Positions 8,942 to 19,300 of a DNA stretch of 34,837 nt are shown here, one piece after another. Source of the DNA: an uncultured archaeon (lineage in GTDB: Archaea > Aenigmatarchaeota > Aenigmatarchaeia > QMZS01); NCBI GenBank assembly GCA_964386335.1, contig CAYLRQ010000002.1, positions 1 to 34,837 on the forward strand, given 5' to 3'. Position 1 is the stretch's first letter. Each line of letters opens with the position of its first letter. Below the pieces are notes generated by a model. That model saw only the letters and a list, made by a program, of their open reading frames with translations, was not told the origin of the DNA and did no database searches. The translations under genes and the position numbers were made by a program.

Positions 8942-10369
8942 TTAATATCCCAATCTGCTGTGGAATTCCGTTATTTTCATCAGAACGCGCGGATTGCTTT
9001 CTTCCTGTTTTTCATATTCGGACAAAAGATGTATATACTGCTTTCTGGCCTCAGTATAATTTCTGGAATTTATTAACATCTGAATACGATTAATAAGTTC
9101 AAAAATTTTATCCTTTTTTTCTGATTCTTCCTGATTTATTATGACGGGTTTATAAATATATCTTGGCTTGGCATAGTTTATTTGTGAGGCTAATCTCTCT
9201 TCAGGAGAAATATTTTTCTTTGTTTTTTCCATATACGAGTTATTTTCAATTTTGCTGTCTATCTTCTTAGATAATCCGAGAAGTTTCATCTCCAGATCGG
9301 CAAATCTTTTGTTCAAATTTTCTTTTTCCAAATCCAATTGTTTTTTTATTTTTTCTTCATAGTCTTTTAGTTTATTATCTATGTACGTATAATCAACTCC
9401 CGCCAATTTTCCGCTTTGTTCTCTTTTTAGGGTTTCCATTCTCCTATCAAAAAACTGTTTAATTTTTTCTACTTCTTTATTTAATTCTGTCATATTTAGA
9501 CCTCCCGTCGTTTTATTGGTTCCTTTGATTACTTCAATCAGATCAGAAAACTTGCTCTCGGTATCGAATTTTAATTCGGCCAACTTTTCTTCTAATTCTT
9601 TATTTACTTTTTCTAATTCCCTTTTTTGTGCTGTTTCTGTTAATTTTAAAGACAATCTATCAACTGTTCTTAAAAGTTCTTTAAGTGTGTCCTCATTTGT
9701 TTCTATTTTATCTATATTGTTTCGTATTTTATTTAAATTTTCCTTCAGTTCATAAAATAAGGTTTCAACAGTTCCTGCATTCTTCTCCGTTTTATTTTTT
9801 AAATCTTCTACAATTTTAATTTTCTTATTTAATTCGTCTGCAATAGAAACAACATCTTTTAAACCTTTTATTTGTTCTATGGCGTTGGATAAATCCTTAA
9901 ATTTGCCGGATAGGATTTTAAGTCTATCTTCAATGGATTCTATTTTTGCGTTATTTTTTTCTATTTCGGCCTCCTTTTTCTCTAGATTTTTCAAAATTTT
10001 TTCTGGTTTTAATTCTTTAGCGATATCATATATTGTGTCAAACTTGCCTATAAGTTCGCTGTAATTTTTATCCAATTCTACCAACGAAGATCTCAATTCT
10101 CCAATTCTTTCGGAGAGATTAGTAATTCTCTCATTAACTTCTGATCTATTATTTTCTAAAATCTCGACACGGCCGAGCAATCTTTCAAGTTTCAGTGTTA
10201 AATCCACCAGGGATTCTTTTTCTGCATCTCTGCTTTCAAGCGAGGACAGGTCTTTTTTTTCATTTTTTTTTCTTCCAAATAACGTAAATTTCTTTTTTTC
10301 TTTTTCTTTCTCCCTTTTCTCAATATCTCGGAATTCTTCGGGAGTGATTATATTTTCTTCTTCTACCAT
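8942..10369 (-). CDS. Cytoplasmic long coiled-coil protein, function unknown
   Basis: 475 aa. No hydrophobic segment. Charged N-terminus (EKREKEKEKKK), then ~350 residues of heptad-like E/K/L/I/N sequence. Helical C-terminal block (IFELINRIQMLINSRNYTEARKQYIHLLSEYEK). The start codon lies 8 nt downstream of the giant gene's stop. Confidence 0.8.
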   Translation of the reverse strand: MVEEENIITPEEFRDIEKREKEKEKKKFTLFGRKKNEKKDLSSLESRDAEKESLVDLTLKLERLLGRVEILENNRSEVNERITNLSERIGELRSSLVELDKNYSELIGKFDTIYDIAKELKPEKILKNLEKKEAEIEKNNAKIESIEDRLKILSGKFKDLSNAIEQIKGLKDVVSIADELNKKIKIVEDLKNKTEKNAGTVETLFYELKENLNKIRNNIDKIETNEDTLKELLRTVDRLSLKLTETAQKRELEKVNKELEEKLAELKFDTESKFSDLIEVIKGTNKTTGGLNMTELNKEVEKIKQFFDRRMETLKREQSGKLAGVDYTYIDNKLKDYEEKIKKQLDLEKENLNKRFADLEMKLLGLSKKIDSKIENNSYMEKTKKNISPEERLASQINYAKPRYIYKPVIINQEESEKKDKIFELINRIQMLINSRNYTEARKQYIHLLSEYEKQEESNPRVLMKITEFHSRLGY

Positions 10370-10377
10370 AATATTCG

Positions 10378-13300
10378 CTAAATTTTTTCTAAGGAATTCT
10401 CCAAAGATGATATATATATTTCGGCCATCCTGAAGTTGCCCGTCTTAAGTTTATTTGTCGCGAGTTTGAAGTCCACCTCATAATCTTCGGTATAAACATT
10501 TCTTTCTTTTAGTTTTTTTATCTTCTCCTCAATAACTTTAAGCTTTGCTATATATTTTTTATACAACACGAGTTCGTCATCGCGGATTTTATGCGGATTA
10601 TGTTTTGTTGGCCTAAATTCAACAAAGAAGGGTTTTCCATCATTGTATTTGGGATATTGCATAAGTCCCGCACCAACACCCATTCTTGCAATTCTCTCCG
10701 AATATTGCTCTCCATATTTTGTTTTAACTTTATCTATGTCTGTCAACGATTTTGTATTTAACTGGAGTTCTGTCAAAACATTGCCTGCAATTGCTTCCTT
10801 AAAATCTGCCAGCACTTGTGAACACATAATAATGCCTATGCCCCATTTCCTGAATTCTCTTGCCGCTTTTTCCAGAGCAACATATCCTCCATGGCCTCCA
10901 TATTTCTCAAGTAAACGATGGACTTCATCAAAAACAATTACCAATTTTAATTCTGAACTTTCTTCCCAACTTTCTCTAAAAATAGAAGCAACAATATTGC
11001 GAACGGCTTCATCATATTCTCCGGATTTTAATTTGTTTAAGCAAAAAATGGTAATTTCTCCCGGGTTAATAAACTCCTTTATATTTAATTTAAAGTCCGG
11101 TTCTTCTACATCATAAATCAATCCGGGATAGGATTTTATATCAAAATCCCCCATATCAAATTTTTTGTATTTGCTTAAAAGATTATTATCCCTGCAGGGT
11201 TTAACAAAGCCCGTCCATTGCGCAGTTGGATCAAATACAATGACTGGTATTTTTTTGTCCAAAGCCTCTTCCGCAAATACAGAAGCAGAAACAGATTTTC
11301 CCGCTCCCGTTGCGCCAGCAACTATTATGTGAGTAGTCAAATCCTTTGGATCATAATAACAGTAATTATCTGTGCCGGCAAATTTTCCAATTTTAAAACC
11401 TTCTCTTGGAACTTTTCTATAATCAAGTGGATATAAGTATCTTTCCTCTTTTTCCTTTTCTTTCCTCCAAAGCAGATAATATCTCCATATATATGTGCCG
11501 CCAACTGCTACTGCCATCGCTAAAGCTAAAATTAATAATCCCACCGTTAGTGGAGATTCAAATAAGGGTTTAACCACTTCAAAAGTTGCCACATCCATAA
11601 TACTTTTTTCCTTATAATCTGCCCAGACTTCCAGAGTATAAGAGCCTTCTTCGGTGATATTTAAAGGCAAACTTTCTCTGACTATTGTTGTTGTTTCCAA
11701 AGTCGTATTTGTTTTCAGTTCTTCAATAATTTTATTTGTTTTCTGATATTTAATTATGTAAGTCAAATTCAGGGGATATTTTTTTCTTTCTCCCAGATTT
11801 ACCAATTTTACAATAAAATCCAAAGTTCCTTTTGGGTTTATTGTTTTACTTGCAATTTCAACTTTAACAGAGTAAATTGGTGCCGCCGATTCTAAAACCC
11901 TGATCGTAACGGGAATGCTTTGTTTTTGCCCTTCTGCTCTTATAATAATATTTCCCGCATAAGTTCCAATACTCTGATTGGTAAAAACTGTCAGGTAAAT
12001 ATCTAATTTTTTGGTTTCATTTGGTTGTAGAGTCAGTTTATTAGTACTTAAACTTAATAGGTCTCGCAAACCCTCTGTAATTTCCAGAGTGGTTGAAACA
12101 TTTTTATATAACTTATTTTTCATAGAAAGCCAATAAGTTTTAAGTTCTCCGCGGAAAACCCTGACGTCTCCAATATTCGTATCTATAACAAGAGGAAATT
12201 TTTCTATTGGACAGTCATTTGGACAGTTCTGCCAATTTTCTCCTATTTCGCAGACATTATTTCCGCAAATCGCTTTCTCCTCTTTTGAAGGAATGTAACT
12301 CTGTCCTCCACCTCCTCCTCCACCGCTAGTTCCTCCGCTCGTTTCTTTTTTTTCTTCTGGTTTAGAATAAGGAGTGCAGGGAACCAAACTGCTGCCAGAA
12401 TAACAGGCTTCTGCAACAAAGAACGCCGACAGGCTTGAAACGGTAAAATTGAACTTCTTGTTTTCTGGTGTGGCATTTAATATGTCTGAACTGGTTAAAT
12501 CCGAATTGCATTTTCTCTCAATATAGTTCCAATTATGACATTTAAAAATTCTAAGATGCTGCGGATTAATTGCCCAACCATATTTTTCAACTACGTAATT
12601 ATAAGCATCTGTGACATCCAAAATCAATCTCGCTTTACTAAGATTTATATTTGTGTCCACAACAAATCCGAGAATAGGAACATGAGTTTCGTCTGGTTTG
12701 TTCACCTCTGTTTTATTTGAAATCTCTATATAAGTTCCAAAATAATCAAATTTAAATGGATTTTTTATTTCATTTTCGGTTAAATCTAAGTTTGCATCAT
12801 AGAAAATTATTTTCTGACCGAATAAATCAACATCCACATCATATTTTCTCTTGTGCAAAGTCCAGTTATATGTTTTATTATCTCTGATGGAAAATTCATG
12901 CATTTTGTAGAGTTCTGCTAAATTTTTTTCTTCCCGGTAAAAAGTGAAGTTTGCATTGATTTTCTCTCCATCCGGGTTTGTTAAATTTCCCGTCATTTGT
13001 ATTGGCAGATAAATATCAAACCACCCCTTTTTGCTGCTTACGGGATTGCCTTCGGTATCATTTGCATAGACAATTATGTCGTAATCGCCTATCCGTTTTG
13101 GATTGGAAAAATTGAATACGAAATTTCTTTTATCAAAATCGTTTTCGGCGGGCAAAGTATTATTGGAGATGGGATATATCCTGTCTAATTTCCAATTGCT
13201 TCCAGTGTGATTGACGGTCGCCCATACAGAATCTATCTCTTTGTTATCCGTAACATTAACCTTAAAAATTATGTAAGGCAAAGTATAAGAAGTATTATCT

Positions 13301-16300
13301 ATAAAATATGTGTGAATATTCGAAAACCAAGGCGAAGTATAATCTTTATAAATAATTGCCTCTTCCTCTACATCGGAAAGAACAACTTCTTTTTTGGTAT
13401 AATTTCCAATAACTTCCAGATTATTTTTAATGGGGTTGTCTGTAATATTTGGAGCTGTACAAGTAATAAACCATCTTTGGCGTATTGTATGAAAATATAA
13501 ATCTGTAATAATGCATTCCTCTCCGCCAATTAAAATTGTCCAGTTTATGTCCTCCTGAACCGGAACATTTCCTTCCTTTGATTCTACTTCTATTGTTAAA
13601 TTTTGATTTGGTGAAACTTCTTCTGGATAAGGATCTTCCTTCTTTGGAGAAATAATATCAACGGTGAAATTAATTATTGTGAATGTGATAGGAATTTCAA
13701 CGGATTTTGGAGTAGCACTTTCATCCAAGTTTTCAATTTTTAAGGTATAATTGTAAGTTCCAATTATTAGAGAGTTATTATCAGTATCATAAAAAATTTC
13801 AACGGTTTTCTTTGTTTTGCTTGTTACACTTACTGAAGTTTGATTTGCTTGCTTTGTATCATTTAATGTTAAATAATTAATTGTTGTTTCATTTCCCGGG
13901 AGGATGGATAAATTAAATTCAAAATCTGCTTCTTTTTTGTTTGTGATTATAATTTCGCCGAGTTTATTTATTTCTTTTTTTAAACCCACTGTTTTGTTTA
14001 GGTAAATCGGAGAAACTTCCCAATCCTGGGAGGTTATATTAAGAATTAAAGGGAGATGGTCTGTGCAATTTCCGGTGCAATTTTGGATGGTTGCAGTGAT
14101 ATTCAGATGGTAAATGTTTATATAAGAATTGTTATCCGGTATTGTCAAAATCATGTTTATTGTAGAATTACTTGCTTTATTTAAACCGAAATTATTATTG
14201 CTGAAAGTTGTCCAATTATTTATCAAATCAGAATTATCTCCGGTTAAATTTAAAATAATATTGGTTAGATCTACATTTCCATAATTAAGTATGGTGAAAT
14301 TTGCCGTTCTGCTTGCCGTGATGGGAACGGTAAGAGTTAAATTATTTTCGGAGAATTTTATTCTCTTGTTTTCTTTAACATAAATTGAGATATTTTCCAT
14401 TGTATTATTTTTTGTACCGTCTGCATTCTGCCATTCAACGGTGAAATTTATCTGGTTATTTCCGATCTCCGCCCCGGCAGTTACAGTAATATTAATCTGT
14501 CTAGTGCAATTTTTTCCTGTTGGTATGGGTTCGCAATATATGGCCGGAATAAAAATTCCGATTGGTTTACTGACAGTTATTAAAGGATTGTACATTGTGC
14601 CATTTCCAGTATTATTCAGAAAGAAATTTAATAAGAGGGTTGCATTGTTCTCTATTGTTATGCCCTCCGCTGTTGAAGTGTTCAAACTCAGAATTAAATC
14701 TGCCGTCGTATTTCCAGAAGATACCTCAACCTTAATCTTCTTTTCATTAAGTTCCGTTGCATTATAAAAAAGATTCGGTTGATCTGCTATATTACAGGAA
14801 AAATTATAGTTGCCTTCGCCTCCAACTTTAGAATTTTTAACAGATACTCCCTTCTCATCTGTCAGATTAAATCCAATTAGCGTGGTGGTATTATAAAAAC
14901 TAACATTATACTTCGGTATTCCTTTTTCTGTATAATTATCTGCAACTTTGCACAATAAAGATAAATTTGCATTCTGCATGCATTTATAATTTAATAGACC
15001 TTCCGTTATATTAACAAAGGTGCAATAGTTGGAAACTATTGTAAGATTATTGATATAAGCAAAGCCCGTTAAATTAAAAAACAGGGTTTTTTTATCAGAA
15101 TCGTAAAACTGTTTTTCTGCCTCTGCAACTAATTTTCTTCTCCCAACATCTTCTGTTCCATTTAGTATATAATTCGTCGTATTTTCACCTATTTTTTTCT
15201 TTGAACTCAGATAAATTTGAACTGGCTCGCCAGAATGGAAATTTACACACTCTCCACTTTCATCCGCAAAGCAGAGATAATCAATTAGAGCAAAAACGGC
15301 ATCTCTCTCCCCCGCACCGGTATTTTTTTCGTTCCAGATAACAACGGATATGTTCCTCGCCGATGCGAAACTGAGATTGGTGCAAACATCGATGGTCCAG
15401 TTTTCCGGTTCTGGAACATCTCCGGAGGGATCCGTATTTTTTATAATTTCTTCTGTTAAATTGCAAATAACTTCTCCAACTTTTATATAGAATTCTCCAC
15501 TTGAACTGCTTTCATTAAATTCTCCCCAAGATTTGTATTTTATTTTTATTGAAGTTGGATAAGTAAAGTTAGGGAGTCTTTGGAATAACTTTGTTTCTCC
15601 ACCATTGGCAGATAGATTTGCAAAATAGTCGGAACCAATATGAGAAATATTGGTATGGCAGCCCACTGTGCTGCAAATAGAAGAATTCCAATATGAAAGG
15701 TCTCCAGAATCAAAACCTGCGTTTAAAATATTATAAGTTATATTATAAGAATTTAAATTTTCTTTCTTTAAATTAATTTCAAAAGTTTTGCTTTCATTTG
15801 CCGATAAATTAACCAAAAAAACCAATTCGGTTAGATTAGTCATATATTCTTGACTCTTATTTATTTCTAATTTGTCCGCTGTTTTCCACGAATATAAAGA
15901 AAATGGCAGTTCTGTTTCATTGAATAAAATTTTGGTTTTATTCAAATTCCAGTCTTTCAATTCAAAATCATCTGAACTAAAAAAACTTCCGTTCAAGATT
16001 ATCGGATAGTTGGTTCTATTTTTTCCGGATAAATCTTTAATTGTAAGATTTAATTTATATTTATTTACAAGATACCAATTGATCAATACTTCTGTAGTAT
16101 CATTACCACAATTATCCTTTGCAGAAGCATTCAGAGTAATATTTTGTCCCTTGTAATAGTTTCTCTCTTTTGGAGAAATTATTGTCAAATTTAATTTATC
16201 TCTTAAGATTATTTGTTCATCGGTTTGATTGTCTGAGATATTATAAAAATCATGGGTTCCGTTAATTTCAACAGACAGATTTTTTATTCCGACATTTAAA

Positions 16301-19300
16301 CTGCAATTTGGGGTATAAATTAAAGAACAGATTCCAGAAGAATTGGTTGTATTGGTTCCGATAAAGATTTCATTTAAATAAAAATGACAAGAATAACTAG
16401 AAAGATTTGCATAATTTTCATATCTATCAACTAATCTGGCGGAAAATGCCGCCTTTTCATTCTTATAGAAAGAAAAATTAACTGGATTTAAAATTGTTGG
16501 TTTTAACCATCCTTTTATGGTCAGATTATATTCTGTCGAATTTTTATCGTTGTAATAATCATCATTTTTTATTCCGATGTGCCAATTTGTTTTTCCTGGC
16601 TCAAAAGTTTGGCCCGGGTTAAAACTAAATTTGCAATAGCCGCTGGAATTGCTTTTTGTGGAATTTATCCACTTATTGACCCAAAGAGAACAATTCGCTC
16701 CAATAACTGTTTCTTCCGAATTCGTATCATTAATAAAAACAGATAAAGTTGCTGTTTCATTCCTGAAGACAACTGAATTGTTGCCTTCGCAACTATCCGC
16801 TAAATAAACAACAGAAACATTGTGTTTCAATACATTAAAATCTACAGAGGTGGTATTTCTCGGGTTATGAAATTTCGATGTGTTGTTTGAATTATAATCA
16901 AAATATTCAATTTTAAATTTGCTTATTCCAGTCCAGTTTTTGTCTGAGGTCAGATTAAATTCTACAATAGTTCCATTAGTGACGTTTTTTGAACCTTTAT
17001 TTACCCACGTCTTTGTTTTATTTTTAAAAATAAAAAGAACAACATTTATTGCATCATTGTCAATATCAGTTACATTGGCGGAAAATGTAAAATTTGCGCC
17101 CCAGATATCAGAAGATGGAGAGACCTTTAAATCGGTTAAGTTTGGTGGCAAATTGTAAGAACCTCCAACCAGATAATTTGTGGGATTGTTTGGACTCAAA
17201 GTTGGTTGCTTCCATTTGAAATACATATTGTTATTTATTTTTTTCTTGCAAACATAAAAAGTATCCGAACCAACCATTATTTGCGTGTAAGTTGGATTTG
17301 AAGTATTGCAATTATCTGTCAAATTTGGTGGGGTGATATCGTAAAAAGTTCCATTGCCATACCAATCAACCAATAAAAATTCTTCTCCCTCTATCTGCGA
17401 GTCATTAAGTTGCCACCATGCCGTCGCGTTTTTAAAAGTTCCGTTCGTAGCATTCAAAGTTAAATTTATTCTTCTCTTATAATTATCCATTCCATAAGTG
17501 GAGTAATAATCAGAGGTATTATATAAATGAATCGGCGTGCTCGTTTCCTGTGAACTGTCCCAAAAAAGAATGGAAAAGTTTGCATAGTTCCCGGCATTTA
17601 AGATGATTGGATTTGAAGAAATATTGCAAACTCTCTTTTCTATTCCAAATTCGGTTATATTTGTCACATTATAAGAAGTTAGATTAAAATCGCATTTTGT
17701 TGCACTATTATCAACAACAATATATTTAATTGAAATGTTCTCTGCTGGGATTCCCTTAAAAGTAATGTTATAAACCTTGCTTCCAACCGATTCGTTTATT
17801 TTAATATCGCTCGTTCTCGACCAAGCAGCAACATCCTTTTTGTAAGAAATAATGCCAGAAACATTGTAGACATATTCAACACTCAAATTAGATATATTTA
17901 ATTTTCCCTTGAAATCGGAATGAAAAATCAAAGGAATCTGACAATTATTTGCTGTATCGAGTGTAGTGCAGGTATTTATATAATTATTAATTGCGGAAAC
18001 TAAATTTTGACCTGTTGCAATTTCTGATGTTCTCAACTTTGTTTTTGAACTCTTCCAGTCTATTGTCGAATCATTGCCAACATCTATGCTTAAATTTGTC
18101 GGAAAATAATCAAAGTTGAAGACATAAATTTTTCCATCTATTGCTCCAGCAACTACTTCACTACCCTCATCTGTTGTCAGGTTACCTATTGCTATTGATT
18201 TTATGGTATCTCCAGCTACGAAATTACCTATCAAGTGTCCCGTACTATTTAAGATATATAATTCTTTATTATCACAACCTATAACTATCTCATTTCCTGC
18301 ATAATCATTTGCAATTTCTCCAATTCTAAGGCTGTTAACAGAACCTCCTGTACTATAGTTTTTAATTTCTCCTCCTGTAGAATTTAAAATATAGACTTTA
18401 TTGTCTCCAGTTCCAATTACAATTTCATTTCCCGGGTCAGAAGTAATATCTCCAAGGTCTATTGTATTTATTGATGAATCGCCAACAGTGATATTACTAA
18501 CAATTATTCCTGCAGAATTTAAAATATATATTTTTCCTCCCGCACAACCTGCAACAATCTCATTTCCTTCATCTTCAGTGAGATTTCCTATTACAATCTC
18601 ATTTATAGTCTCCTCAACAGAACTATTCCATTCCAAATTTCTAGACCGATTTATGACATAAATAATTGTACTGGAACAAGCAACAATCTCGCTATCTTCA
18701 CTGCCCACTATATTTCCTATTTTTACAGAGTTGATACTACCTCCTGTTGTATAATTCCATATCTCGTTACCAGTGGAGTTCAATAAATAAACCTTGCCAT
18801 CTCCAGAACCAACAACAATTTCTTCTCCAAGATCAGAAGTTACATTTCCTACATCTGTTGAATAAATCGGATTGGGAGAGATATAATATTCTTTTACTAA
18901 CGTTCCATTGCTTCCGTACAATATACTTACCTCTCCATCATAACCGGAAGTACCGGTTACAATTTCATTTTCATCTCCATGAAATATATTGCCTATTGAA
19001 ATTCCTAAAGGTGCTACATTGGAGGATTTCACAGGAGAATTATAAATCGTTGTAAGTTTCCCGGTCAAATTCATGCTGATATTCTGCACTGTCGCATTTT
19101 TTGGAATTGATAAATAAAATGTTTTATTTCCGCCATTTTCTGGAAAATCAAATTCTGCGGAAGAAATAAATGAAGCAGAATCATTAAATTTTGTCAGAAT
19201 GTATCTGAAAGAAAGGTTGCTCAAATCCAGAATATATTCTCCTTTTTGAACTCCCAAAAATCCTCCCGCAATATGAACATTTATAAATAGTGATGATAAA

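Noticed and set aside
10643-11116. 157-aa plus-strand ORF inside the ATPase-tail coding region of the giant gene
   Set aside because: It is antisense to the Walker B / RKWG region, which has clear family motifs. It has no recognisable motif of its own and looks like a typical shadow ORF.
12243-12476. 77-aa minus-strand ORF in an alternative frame over the poly-Gly region
   Set aside because: It lies wholly inside the giant ORF in another frame. The product (EEEVEDR... from reading GGn repeats out of frame) is an artefact of the Gly-run.
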